This document shows, one piece after another, positions 1 to 12,184 of a stretch of DNA of 41,028 nucleotides. How positions within the stretch are numbered: position 1 is the first letter of the stretch; each line of letters starts with the position of its first letter. Below the pieces are notes generated by a model. That model was not told where the DNA came from, made no database searches, and worked only from the letters and a program-made list of their open reading frames with translations. A program made the position numbers and the translations under genes. Origin of the DNA: Octopus sinensis (Eukaryota); assembly GCF_006345805.1 (NCBI RefSeq), contig NW_021835338.1, positions 1-41,028 of the forward strand, written 5' to 3'.

Positions 1-938
1 GAGTATGATGCGTGATTGTATATGTACGTGTGTTTGTGTATATCAAACTATGCTGTGAAATGATATAGCAAATGAACCCACGCATAGCCTACAGAATATC
101 CGACCTGTTTATATACATTTATGCATACAGCTATACCCGCTATACATACACATATACACATACATATATACATACATATATACATATATACATATATATA
201 TATAATATATATACGCACACACACGCATATATATATATATATATATATATATCTATATATCCTTTATTTATGTATGACTAAATACTGATTTCAAATAATG
301 GAATAATTCTTTGTATTACGTTTCGTCAACCATAAATATTTTCGTCGGACTGATGAGCTTTACTTAAGAGAAATACTAACGGTGTATTTAATGAGCGCAT
401 GTTTCATCTACATCTGTTTTCGACGCTAAAACACGAACACCCAAAATATTTTCGATTACTTTCTCACTTCAACCTTTCTTTTCTCCTACCTTAAACCTAC
501 TCTGCACCTGTAAGGTCACCTAACTACTGCATTGCCACAATGGCTCGTCACGCTACTGCTCACAACACCACAAACCTCTTCCCCGTCGGTGCTATGGTTC
601 TTCTTTTGAGCCGGCTCATCAGAACTCCGCCAGTTCTATATCACATAACCCTAAGGTTTTTATTTGCTGTTTATGCATTATTATCATTTCGTTGTCTTCG
701 TGTGGCCTTAAGCTTTTATTCTGTTTATTGTTTTGTCCCTTGTTTCGGTATGTTTTGGTCCCCCTCCCGGCAGGTATCTTGCCGGTGCCTCCAGGGTGGA
801 AGCAATATTATCGATAATGACCGAAATTGCGCTTGACTCTATGGCCAATAACTGAATAGGAGTTGGTGTATTTCGTTCGTCTGTGATTTAGTATAAGTTC
901 GTATATCTATTTACTACACGTGTTTTTAAAAATTATGC

Positions 939-981
<43 letters not shown>

Positions 982-1899
982 GTATATATATACATACATA
1001 CAGGTATATAACAGATATGAAAAGAGTAATTTGCACTATGTTAAGCGAAAAAATATAGATTAAATCGAAATATGACATGAAATATACAACGTAAAGTATA
1101 AAATTTCAATAGAGAAATTCATATAGTCAGATGAATAAATGCGTTCGAGCGGTACAGACGACGTCAGAACTAAATTGCTGAAGTATTTTATGCTAATATT
1201 CATAGATATGTGATGGTGGCGGTGGAAATATGGTGTATGTCGTTGTATGAATTACGAAGAATAGTACCTGCGTGGGAAGTGTTAAGCAGCAGGTCGGGAA
1301 ATCTCGAGTAGCAGGATGTGTGATAGGTTACAAATTATAGGTTACAAATCCTAAAGTTTGAAATACATTTTGCTGTCACAAAAAATATTGTTTATGTGGT
1401 GTCAGTTAAACGTGGGAGTTTGGGAAGAAAGAATTTGAATACTGCGGTATGTAAAGAGTGCCAATAAAAGCGAGCTTTTTCTTATCTGTTGTGTAATTTA
1501 GATACGCTTCTCCATTCTAAGTTAGTCTATTGTTCATTTCTAAGCTTCGAATACACGCAGTAACTAAAAAGCAAGTGACATTTCTTTTACTTGTTTCGAA
1601 ACTTGTATGTATGCTGGTTGGTGCTGAATTTAAATGGATTTGGAATTCAAACAAATATATACATCTCATGCATTATTCATTAGGGAGGTTGAATGGACGA
1701 TATTTTGAAGCAAAGTTGGATGTAGTAGAGTTAGTGATTTTTATAGTATCTTTCATTAAAACTTCTTTAAATCTCTGGACAAGGTGTTTTTAATAATTTG
1801 CAGAGAAAAGTTAATAATCGGGTTAGCCATCCCTAAATGAAGAGAAGGATCATATTGAATAACAATTATTTTTTCGCGCCTAGCTGCAGTTTCCAAGTT

Positions 1900-1922
1900 A
1901 TCAAAACTGAAAAAACCCCGTC

Positions 1923-1966
<44 letters not shown>

Positions 1967-2060
1967 ATGTGTCTCTATTTACCACCCCATGGGGTCGATT
2001 TGTTCGACTAAAGGCGTTGTCCAGTATGACCGCAGTCAAGCAAGTAAAGGAATAAAAGAA
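1900..2060 (+). mobile_element. SINE family A, deleted remnant
   Basis: Head end (AACTGAAAAAACCCCGTCG), then (TA)n, then tail end (GGGGTCGATTTGTTCGACTAAAGGCG..). Confidence 0.65.
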
Positions 2061-2232
2061 TACGTTAGTGTATGTGTGTAGGTGTATGTGTATGTTTGTA
2101 TGTGTGGGTGATCGTGAGTGTGTGTGTAAGTGTAAGTGTAAGTAGGTGTAAGTAGGTATGTAAATAGGTGTGTAAATAGGTGTGTATGTATATAAATATA
2201 TTGTCTGTATGTCTGCATGTATGAATACATGT

Positions 2233-2604
2233 ATACTCTCTTTTTACTCTTTTACTTGTTTCAGTCATTTGTTCGTCGCCATGCTGGAGCAAATCGACCC
2301 CAGGGCTTAATCTTTGCAAGCCTAGTACTTATTCTATCGGTCTCTTCAGCCGAACCGCTAAGTTACGGGGACGTAAACACACCAGCGATGTTGGGAGGAC
2401 AACACAGACACACAAACATATACACACACACATGCATATATATATATATACATATATACGAGGGAGCTTCTTTCAGTTTCCGCCTACCAAATCCACTCAC
2501 AAAGCTTTGGTCAGCCCGAGGCTATAGTAGAAGACACTCGCCCAAGGTGTAACGTAGTGGGACTGAACCCGGAACTTACTTACCACACAGCCACTCCTAC
2601 GCCT
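2233..2604 (-). mobile_element. SINE family A copy
   Basis: Reverse complement of head and tail seen at 8333-8790. Confidence 0.88.
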
Positions 2605-3001
2605 ATATGTGTATGTATGTATTTTTATAAGTACCAGACCAGAATCTTGACCACAAACAGGCAATTATCTGTTATCTATTTTCTAAATGGGTGATACACA
2701 TACACATACAAACATACACGGAGAGGCTCAGATAGTTTCATAAACAACAATTCAATTGCACGCACTCAAAATCCAGTACACATAGAAGACTGTCTATTGT
2801 TCCGTTTCACGGGAGACAGTTCGCCATATTAGATATCGAGGAGCATTGTGGGAAATATTCATCAACTGATTCATGTTAAAAACAACAGCGTTATCTAGAC
2901 CAACTTCTTTTAACTTCTTATTTCCTCTCTCTTTCCCATTCTTTCTACACACACACATACACACACACACACACACACATACGCACCACTTGCACAAACA
3001 C

Positions 3002-3059
<58 letters not shown>

Positions 3060-3165
3060 CGTAATTACATACACACACACACACATATAATATACACATG
3101 TATATATACATATATATACTGCATATATATGTATATATTATATATACACATATACACACATATAC

Positions 3166-3213
<48 letters not shown>

Positions 3214-3327
3214 GAAATACGATATATATAATATAAATATTTGGTAATCTGAACCTGAACGAACCACGTTCTGCTAGAAGCCTGCGAAACTTCAAGTCGT
3301 ATGGAGCTAAATCGAACTGGTACTATT

Positions 3328-3378
<51 letters not shown>

Positions 3379-3451
3379 TAATAATAATAATAATAATAGT
3401 AATAATAATATAATAATAATAATATAATAATAATAAATAATAATATAATAA

Positions 3452-3937
3452 TACATTGTTTTTTGTCTTGGTATAAAAGATGGGCTACAGCAAATATTCT
3501 GCTCAATACACAGATTTGCTTGTCAGTTGTTTGACCTTAACCAGTTGAGCATGTCCCTTAGTGGCTGACGATATGTGCATCTCTGATCACGAGCAGAAGT
3601 AGTGGCGGAGCATCATAGCCATGTGTTAGAAGGATTCTTTGGGGTTTGAATAATTCACCTCTGGAAACTGGGTGTTTCGTTCATAGTCCTTAAACAACCC
3701 TTATTCAGGGACCTTTTGAGCGGGATGGGTTTACTCGATCTGAAGAAATTCTAACTGGGCTCCACCTGCAAGGTCATGGTGCTGTTTATCTTGATATGAG
3801 ATTCACCATGTCGCGCACATATGGTTGTGATGCATGTGCCTGGTGTACCCTTATCAGACGGGTGTCATGATGGGTATACTGGGCTTCGTATATTTTACCC
3901 CCGTGTCACTTTGATGGCATGCTCTGCTCGCTCACTC
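3452..3937 (+). repeat. Non-coding ~520-bp interspersed element, copy 1 (left-truncated), flanked by (TAA)n
   Basis: High similarity to 17096-17568 and 27241-27766. Ends CTCACTC(AAT)n. Confidence 0.9.
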
Positions 3938-3985
3938 AATAATAATAATAATAATAATATATAGTTATACTTATATCTATCTATA

Positions 3986-4040
<55 letters not shown>

Positions 4041-4075
4041 ATATCTATCTATATATATATCTATCTATCTATATA

Positions 4076-4118
<43 letters not shown>

Positions 4119-4469
4119 TCATATATATGTATGTATATGTTTATGTATATATACACCCATAAACACAAAGAAAATATATGTCCCCCCATACACACATGTA
4201 CAGTGAAAACATATCAGATACAACATCACCCAAAGTAAGACGGGAATAAAAGCACACAGCTAAATCGCGAAAGTACAAGCCCTTTAAATATTCACTTACA
4301 CAAAGACACAGGCACTGACACACATGCTCAGATTGTCACACGCATATACTCATGTGCGTATATTTACATCTACCCACTCAGCTTTACACGCAACACACAC
4401 ACACACACACTTAGACATATAAAGACTTGCATGCAGAAACACACATGTACACACATACTGCATTTCGCT

Positions 4470-4650
4470 TAAGAAGTGGCTGCGTGGTAAGAACTTTCCT
4501 GCCTAACTATCTTGGGTAGGTACCTTGTTCTATAGCCTCGAGCCGACCAAATCCTTGTGAATGGATTTGGCTGACGGAAACTGAAAGAAGCCCGTCGTGT
4601 GTGTGTCTGGACGTATTCATGTGTGTGTGTGTATGTACATATTCCTGTAT

Positions 4651-4702
<52 letters not shown>

Positions 4703-4869
4703 ATGCGTGTGTGTGTAGTCTTTGTATCTGTGTTTGCGTCCACACCAATGCCAGACAACCGGTATTGGTGTGTTTATGTATCCGTAACCTAGCGGTTCAC
4801 TAATAGGAGCGATAGGGTCGACCAAAGCCTTGTGAGTGGATTTGGTTGATGGAAACTGAAAAACCGTCG

Positions 4870-4870
<1 letters not shown>
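4470..4870 (+). mobile_element. SINE family A, rearranged copy
   Basis: Head, (TG)n, partial tail, then a second partial head at 4815-4870. Confidence 0.75.
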
Positions 4871-4936
<66 letters not shown>

Positions 4937-4940
4937 GTAT

Positions 4941-4978
<38 letters not shown>

Positions 4979-5123
4979 ATGCTTGGGTTCGTCAAGTACT
5001 AAGTTGTCGCGGTTACGTGGGATCAGATCCTAGTGACACGTAGGTGAGTTGAGTATAGAAATTCGGGGTGAGTACTTGATAATTATAAGCACCTGTGTAT
5101 ACCGTTTGGTGGTGTAGGTGGTG

Positions 5124-6893
5124 AGTAAATTGATCAAAATAAAAACATGATGCGAAGGATTCAGCGGTACATATGTTTTACGGGCCTTTATTAGACAGAT
5201 TTATAACAATGCATAATGTATGTCTATTTTATTTTATTTTATTTTATTTTTATTTTTACTTTTATTTTTTACTTTTTCTACTTTCGATTTATTTTATTTT
5301 ATTTTTATTTTACTTTTATTTTTACTTTTATTCTACTTTCGCTTTATTCTCATTTTTATTTTCATCCCTTACCTTAACTCTTATAATTTTTATAATTTTT
5401 TATTCATTTCTATTCTTTTTTTTACATTGTATTCTATTTTATACTGTATTTCTTACTTTTATTTCTAATTTTTACCCTTACCCTCATTCTTACCCCTAAC
5501 TTATCGCTTTATATCTCTATTATGTCTATTTTTTTTTGCTTATCCCTTATTTACTTACCTATGGATCCACTTTATGATTATACGAGCGTCCGTGTACGTA
5601 TGTATACGTATCATATATGTACATATGTACGAGTAAACATCTACGTCTGGATGTACATACCCCGTATTTCTTTTTTTTAACATGTTTTCTTATATTATAT
5701 GTTTTACACCTATTTGTATACACCTTTTAATATCTTATAGCTATACCCATATGCGCGTATGTCTCTGTGTGTGTATGTAAGTGTATATGTGCACGCACAT
5801 ATGGACACACAGCCGTGTGTGCGTGCACGTGTAGACGTGAGTGCGTGATTCTTTACATACGTTCTTATATACATCCTTTAATATCTTATATCTAAACCTG
5901 GAAGCGTGGGCATATGCGTATGTGTATGTAGGGATGGGCGCACGTATGTACATATGGTGTGTACACGTATAATGTCCGTGTATACATGCGGATATTCTGT
6001 TGTATGTATGTATATGTACGCGCGCGTGCGTGTGGGTGTGTGTGTGTTATGTACTGTTTACACGCGAGTGCGTGGTGTATGCTTATAGGCTTGGAGGCGT
6101 ATATGTACGCGTGTATATGGGTGTATGTATCCATGATGGTATGTATGTACTCATTGACCAATTAATTTCAAAGAACCAGATTAAACGCTCAACACTCTGA
6201 TTTACAACACATTAGGTCCCCAGACGAAACTGTTTGATTTATTGACACCCAAAACTTCTACAACCTAATTTTATCAATCTCCTGACAAACCATGTTTTGG
6301 TCCGTAACCTCTATACATCCCTTATCTTTATATTTTTTTACATTTTTATCATGTTTATTCCTATTTTTTATTTTTTTACTTTTTACTTTTATTTCTATTT
6401 CTATTTTTATTTATAACCTTATGCCTTTACATTTATTTATATTTCTTTATATTTCTTTATATTCTTTTATACCCCCTCTACATCTCCTTATATCCTTTAT
6501 ATCTTTACACCTCTACTTTTTATATTTTTCTATACTTAACTTTTTTATACATTTTTTTCCCTCGTCCTGAAATTCTCGCCCTCCATCTTCACGTCTATAT
6601 ATGTAATTATTTATTTACATTACTTCAACATCCAAATTTCCTCATTCTACATTGAGAGAAGAAGAGATGGAGCTTCAATTCTATGCTGCTGCCGCATTAT
6701 GTCGTACGCGAATGAGAGGATTTGCATCCCCAACCAAGAATTTTGATGTAACACATGTCCTTGTGGAAGCTGTTGTGCGCGGCTGAAGAAGGCCACAGAA
6801 ATACATTATGCATTGTTATAAATCTGTCTAATAAAGGCCCGAAACATATGTACCGCTGAATCCTCGCATCATGTTTTTATTTTGATCAATTTA

Positions 6894-6895
<2 letters not shown>
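5124..6895. repeat. ~97-bp inverted repeat pair (5124-5221 and 6801-6895) enclosing 1.6 kb of low-complexity DNA
   Basis: AGTAAATTGATCAAAATAAAAACATGATGCG..CATAATGTAT versus its reverse complement, with only a few differences. Confidence 0.9.
6779..6856 (+). ncRNA. Type I hammerhead ribozyme fold with long stem II
   Basis: Stem I GCGG(6779-82)/CCGC(6853-56). CTGAAGA 6783-89. Stem II GGCC/GGCC plus ACAGA/TCTGT. GAAA 6841-44. Stem III palindrome ACATATGT 6844-51. Triplet GTA, predicted cut after 6852. A.C mismatch at the base of stem II. Confidence 0.75.
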
Positions 6896-6971
<76 letters not shown>

Positions 6972-7029
6972 ATGTGTGTGTGTATGTATGCGTTGTGTGT
7001 GTGGTTGTGTGTGGTGTGTGTCAATCTGT

Positions 7030-7250
7030 GTGTCTGTCACTCACCATCGTTTGACAACCGATGCTGGTCTGTTTATGACACGGTAACTTACCGGTTCAAC
7101 AAAATAGACCCGATAGAATAAGTACTAGGCTTACAAAGAATTATGTCCTGGGGGTGGATTTCTTCAACTAAATCCCCTTTTAGGCGGTGCTCCAGCATGA
7201 CCCCCGTCAACTGACTGCAACAAGTAAAAGAATAAAAGAATAAAAGAATA
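7030..7250 (+). mobile_element. SINE family A, tail only
   Basis: GACAACCGATGCTGG..GATAGAATAAGTACTAGGCTTACAAAGAA..GTAAAAGAATAAAAGA. Confidence 0.8.
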
Positions 7251-7311
7251 ATATTTATACACACACACACACACATGTATGTGTGTGCGTGAAAAGAAAC
7301 ATTTCTAAATT

Positions 7312-7616
7312 GCAAGAAGGAGGAAGAGAAAGAGGAGGAGCAGGAGAAGGAAGAAGAAGAAGAAAAAGAAGAAGAAGAAGGAAGAAGAAGAAGAAGGAAG
7401 AAGAAGAAGGAGAAGAAGAAGGAAGAAGAAGAAAAGGAGAAGAAGAAGAAGAAGAAGAAGAAGAAGAAGAAGGAGAAGAAGGAGAAAGAAAGAAAAGAAG
7501 AAAGAAGAAGAAGAAGAAGAAGAAGAAGAAGAAAAAAAAGAATAAGAAAAGAAAGAAAAGAAAGAAGAGAAAGAAAGAAGAAGAAGGGAAGAACGAAGAA
7601 AGAAAAGAAGAAAGAA

Positions 7617-7650
<34 letters not shown>

Positions 7651-8010
7651 AAAAGAAGAAGAAAGAAGAAAGAAGAAAGAAGAAGAAAAAAGAAGAAGAA
7701 GAAGAAGGAAGAGAAGAAGAAAAAGGAAGAAAAAAGAAGAAGAAGAGAAAGAAGGAGAAAGAAGAAAAAGAAGAAGAAAGAGAAGAAAGAAGAAGAAGAA
7801 AAGAAGAAGAAGAAAAAATAAAGAAGAAGAAAAAGAAAGAAGAAAAAGAAAGAGAAGAAAGAGAGAAAGAAGGAGAAGAAAAGAAGAAGAAGAAGAAGAA
7901 AGAAGAAGAAGAAGAAGGAAAGAAGAAGAAGAAGAGAAGAAGAAGAAAGAAGAAGAAGAAGAGAAGAAGAAGAAAAAGAAGAAGAAGAAGAAGAAAAAGA
8001 AGAAAAGGAA
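7312..8010 (+). repeat. ~700-bp homopurine (GAA/GGA/AAAG)n tract
   Basis: Essentially only A and G on the plus strand. Confidence 0.97.
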
Positions 8011-8281
8011 GTGACAGCAGCAACAGCCAAACAGACTTCTTAAGTCGGTTATTTTCTGTAGATGGTTATTTTCAACATTAACAAATAATCATGGCAGCTT
8101 GCTTCCAACAGAAACGCCTGTGCGGAGAGGGCTTTCATCCATGATCAGATATTTGTTTCTCGTTTTCTCTCTGTCGCTCTCTCTTTCCTTTGTTTTTCTC
8201 TGTCTCTCCGTATTTGTATGTGAGCATATGTTTGTGTATGTGTGGACGTACATACACACAACATATATATCTATTTGTATA

Positions 8282-8332
<51 letters not shown>

Positions 8333-8334
<2 letters not shown>

Positions 8335-8493
8335 CGCAGGAGTGGCTGTGTGTTAAGTATCTTGCTAACCAACCACATGGTTCCGGGTTCAGTCCCACTG
8401 CGTGGCATCTTGGGCAAGTGTCTTCTGCTATAGCCCCGGTCGGCCAATGCTTTGTGAGTGGATTTGGTAGACGAAATTGAAAGAAGCCCATCG

Positions 8494-8529
<36 letters not shown>

Positions 8530-8535
8530 ATAGAT

Positions 8536-8567
<32 letters not shown>

Positions 8568-8790
8568 GTTGTGTGGTTTTGTGTGTCTGTGTTGTCCCCC
8601 TAGCATTGCTTGAAAACCGATGCTGGTGTGTTTATGTCTCCGTTACTTAGCGGTTCGGCAAAAGAGACGATACAATAAGTACCGGGCTTACAAAAAGAAT
8701 AAGTCCCGTGGTCGAGTTGCTCGATTAAAGGCGGTGCTCCAGCATGGCCGCAGTCAAATGACTGAAACAAATAAAAGAGTAAAAGAGTAT
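8333..8790 (+). mobile_element. tRNA-derived SINE family A, full length (head, internal (TA)n/(TG)n, tail)
   Basis: A-box-like TGGCTGTGTG, B-box GGTTCAGTCC, conserved GGATTTGGTAGACG(G/A)AA(C/T)TGAAAGAAGCC, tail GTAACTTAGCGGTTCGGCAAAAGAGA..CAGCATGGCCGCAGTC..GTAAAAGA. Many copies in the window. Confidence 0.9.
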
Positions 8791-8899
8791 ATATTTGTGT
8801 GTGCGTGGTGTTTGTGTGTGTGGATTTGTACGTGGATTTCGTCGACGGAAAGTGAACGCAGCACATAATCTGTATGGTGTGTGTGTGTGTGTGTGTGTG

Positions 8900-9090
8900 T
8901 CTTTGTCTCGTACCCACCAGGCTTGTCAACCGGTGTTGGCTTCTTTCCGTCCTCGGTGACGAAAAGAGATCGATAGAGTAACTAACAGGCTTTAACAAAG
9001 GTTAATCAGTGAGCTCGATTTGTTCGGCTCGAACCCTATAATCCGTTGCCCCAGTAGGGCCACAGTCCAGTGATTGAAAGATAAAAGAGC
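8900..9090 (+). mobile_element. SINE family A, diverged tail
   Basis: Degenerate match to the family A tail. Confidence 0.6.
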
Positions 9091-9130
9091 GAAGAAAACA
9101 GTCTCTAAACCTTTGACGCATTTTTTTTTA

Positions 9131-9910
9131 TTCTAGGTACAAGGCCCGAAATTTTGGTAGAAGGGGCCAGTCAATTAGACCGACCCTAGTGCGCAAGTGG
9201 TACTTAATTTATCGACTCCGAAAAGATGAAAGGCAAAGTCGACCTCTACAGAATTTGAACCCAGAACGTAAAGACAGATGACATATCTATTTCTTTACTA
9301 CCCACAAGGCGCAAGGCTTGAAATTTCTTGGTGGGGTGGGGGCTAGTCGATTACATCGACCCCAGTGCATCACTAGTACTTAATTTATCGGCCTCGAAAG
9401 GATGGAAGGTAAAGTCGACCAGGGTGGAATTTGAACTCAGAACGTAGCAGCAGACGAAATACACCTAAGCATTTCACCCGGCGTGCTAACATTTCTGCCA
9501 GTTCACCGCCTTTAAACACCAGTTAAATATCTTTTCTACTCTAGGCACAAGGTCCGAAATTTTGGGAGAAGAGGAAGCCGATTAGATCGACCCCAGTACG
9601 TAACTGGTAGTTAATTTATCGACCCTGAAAGGATGAAAAGCAAAGTCGACCTCGGCGGAATTTGAACTCAGGATGAAATACCTATTTCTATTTCTTTACT
9701 ACCCACAAGGGGCTAAACACAGAGAGGACAAACAAAGACAGACAAAACGGATTAAGTCGATTATATCGACCCCAGTGCGTAACTGGTACTTATTTAATCG
9801 ACCACGAAAGGATGAAAGGCAAAGTCGACCCCGGCGGAATTTGAACTCAGAACGTAGCGGCAGACGACATACCGCTAAGCTTTTCACCCGGCGTGCTAAC
9901 GTTTCTACCA
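9131..9910 (-). mobile_element. Two head-to-tail dimeric SINE family B elements (CORE-domain-like)
   Basis: Four repeats of (minus strand) GAGTTCAAATTCC..GTCGACTTTGCCTTTCATCCTTTCGGGGTCGAT..AAGTACCAG. The middle motif resembles the CORE domain of CORE-SINEs (assignment from memory). Confidence 0.8.
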
Positions 9911-9984
9911 GTTCAAAGCCTTATGACACATTCAGTATTTTGTCGTTGAATTTTCTTTCTATTTCGGAACAACAAGAGCGTATT

Positions 9985-10122
9985 CTTCAAATTCTGCCGA
10001 GGCCGTCATTGCTCTTTATCCTTTCGGGGTCAATAAAATAAGTACCAGTTGAATACTGGGGTTGATGTAATCGATTTGCCCCTACTCCCGAAACTGCTAG
10101 CCTTGTGCCAATTTTGAAACAA
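9985..10122 (+). mobile_element. SINE family B monomer fragment
   Basis: TTCAAATTCTGCCGAGG..TCCTTTCGGGGTCAATAAAATAAGTACCAGTT. Confidence 0.75.
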
Positions 10123-10123
10123 A

Positions 10124-10199
<76 letters not shown>

Positions 10200-10200
<1 letters not shown>

Positions 10201-11799
10201 TCAGTAGTTTTGTTTTTATAGCGTGCTTTCACTTCACTACCGAGCGCAGCTCTGTGTGCCTTCGGTATGTGCTGTGATTTGTTGTGATGCTCTGATGGTT
10301 ATTGTATGGAAAGTGTTCTGCGTAGGATGTGTGCAGTGCCTAGTAGTGCAATTTTCTGTATGTTATATGTGTTTGTAAGTCCTGGTGTTTTTGTTATGTA
10401 TTTGTCTGAATATTTTTTTATCATGCCTAATGCACCTACTATGATAGGAATTGTTTCTGTTTTCAGATTCCACATTCTAGTTACCTCTATTTCCAGGTTT
10501 TTGTATTTTGAGAGTTTCTCCATTTCTTTTAGAGACACGTTGTCATCAGCCGGTATTGATACATCAATTAGAAAGCATTTTTTTCTTCATGATCTCTGAC
10601 AACTATATCTGGTCTGTTGGCCTTAATTTCTCTATCTGTGTGTATCGGCATATCCCAGAGTATGGTTGCTTTCTCGTTTTCTGTGACCTTTTCTGGTGTG
10701 TGCCTATACCATCTTTTTTCTGTTGTTATTCCATAATGTTGGCATAGCTTCCAATGTATGTAGGTTCCAACTCTGTCATGTCTGTGAATATATTCCTTCT
10801 TAGCCAAGACTGGGCAGCTAGAGATAATATGATTTATTGTTTCTTGTCCATCTCCACATATTCTGCAGTTACTTGTAATATTTCTTTTCATTACATGTTT
10901 TTGGTAATTTCTGGTGGGGAGGCTTTGGTCTTGTGCTGCAATTAAAAATCCCTCTGTTTCTGCTTTGAGTCCTGAGCTTCTCAACCATTGCTGGGATTTT
11001 TCTTTGTCTATTTCTTTTGCGTTTAGTTTAGTCCAATATTTACCATGAAGGGGCTTTTCTTGCCATCGTTTTATCATGGTTCGTTGCTGTTCCATTTTTA
11101 GTTTGGATTTCATTTGTTTTATAGCTTTTGTTGTTTCTTCATCTTCTTCTTCTTCTTCTTCATGTTTATTAGGTGGTATGATTTCTTGTTTGTATTGTCA
11201 GCTTCCTTAAATACTGAGAACAGTTTTTTGTTTTGCTCGTGTTTTGCCGCTATCTGGATCAGTTTTCCTTCCTTCTGAAGTAGATATTTTTGCAGTCCTA
11301 TGGTGGTTATTTTATAGTAATTTTCCAGCTGTATAAGGCCTCTACCACCTTCTATACGTTGTATATATAGTCTTTCTATGTCAGATTTTGGGTGATGCAT
11401 CCTAGATCCTGTCATTATTTTTTTTCTTGTTTTCCTATCTATTTTGGTCAGTTCATTTCGTGTCCAGTTAAGGATGTTGTAGCTGTAACTTATAACTGGG
11501 ACAGCTAAAGTGTTGATACCTATTATCTTGTTTTTAGCATTGAGCTCTGTGTTTAGTATTGATCTAACTCGTCTATAATATTATAATATTCTTTTTTTAT
11601 TTTCTCTTTCATTTGTGTGTGTTGTGTCTTATCTAGTTCATGGATTCCTAAGTATTTGTAAGTTTGGCTTTGGTCTAATTCTTTTATTTCATTGGTTTTA
11701 TCTAGTGTGATGTTGTTACTCTTAACTAGTTTTCCTCTTTTCAGGGTTACTTTGGCGCATTTTTCTAATCCAAATTTCATATCTATCTTAATTTCTATC

Positions 11800-11800
<1 letters not shown>
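10200..11800 (-). mobile_element. 5'-truncated R4/Dong-type non-LTR retrotransposon (RT C-terminus, zinc knuckle, restriction-like endonuclease), frameshifted
   Basis: Consecutive minus-strand ORF pieces: MKFGLEKCAKV..YKYLG (11553-11780), HPKSDIERLYIQRIEGGRGLIQLE (11119-11415), IAAQDQSLPT..CRICG..ETINHIISSC..HRHDRV..WDMPIHTDREIKANRPDIVVRD (10568-11113), SLKEMEKLSKYKNL..PIIVGALG..QKIALLGTAHILRR (10299-10538). A ~100-bp 3'UTR follows, and (TAA)n lies on both sides. Confidence 0.92.
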
Positions 11801-11851
<51 letters not shown>

Positions 11852-11890
11852 CATCATTATTATTATATTATTATTATTATATTATTATTA

Positions 11891-11928
<38 letters not shown>

Positions 11929-12013
11929 GTAGTAGTAGTAGTATAGTAGTAGTATAGTAGTAGTAGTAGTAGTAGTAGTAGTATAGTAGTAGTAGTAGTC
12001 GTAAGTACAGCGA

Positions 12014-12166
12014 GCTTCTTTCAGTTTCCGTCTACCAAATCCACCCACAAGGCTTTGGTCGGCACGAGGCTATAGTAGAAGACACTTGCCCAAGGTGCCA
12101 TGCAGTGGGACTGAACCCGGAACTATGTGGTTGGTAAACAAGTTACTTAGCACACAGCCACTCCTA
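12014..12166 (-). mobile_element. SINE family A, head
   Basis: GCTTCTTTCAGTTTCCGTCTACCAAATCC..CACACAGCCACTCCT on the plus strand. Confidence 0.85.
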
Positions 12167-12184
12167 AACACGCGCATACATATG

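Noticed and set aside
595-630. Minus-strand CTGATGAGCCGGCTCA
   Set aside because: Short palindrome with no GAAA or stem III.
1230-1800. Possible decayed Penelope ORF on the minus strand
   Set aside because: Only vague similarity, multiple stops, and no identifiable RT or GIY-YIG motif.
2780-2920. Minus-strand [12 protein letters not shown]-like
   Set aside because: A single short motif reached only through a frameshift, which is insufficient.
3560-3760. CTGACGA and CTGAAGA in the TAA-flanked element as hammerhead cores
   Set aside because: No properly placed GAAA and no stems.
7088-8030. 243-311-aa ORFs on both strands
   Set aside because: Artefact of a stop-free purine tract.
9131-9910. 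CRISPR-like regularly spaced repeats
   Set aside because: Units are 150-200-bp SINE monomers without unique spacers, the context is eukaryotic, and there are no cas genes.
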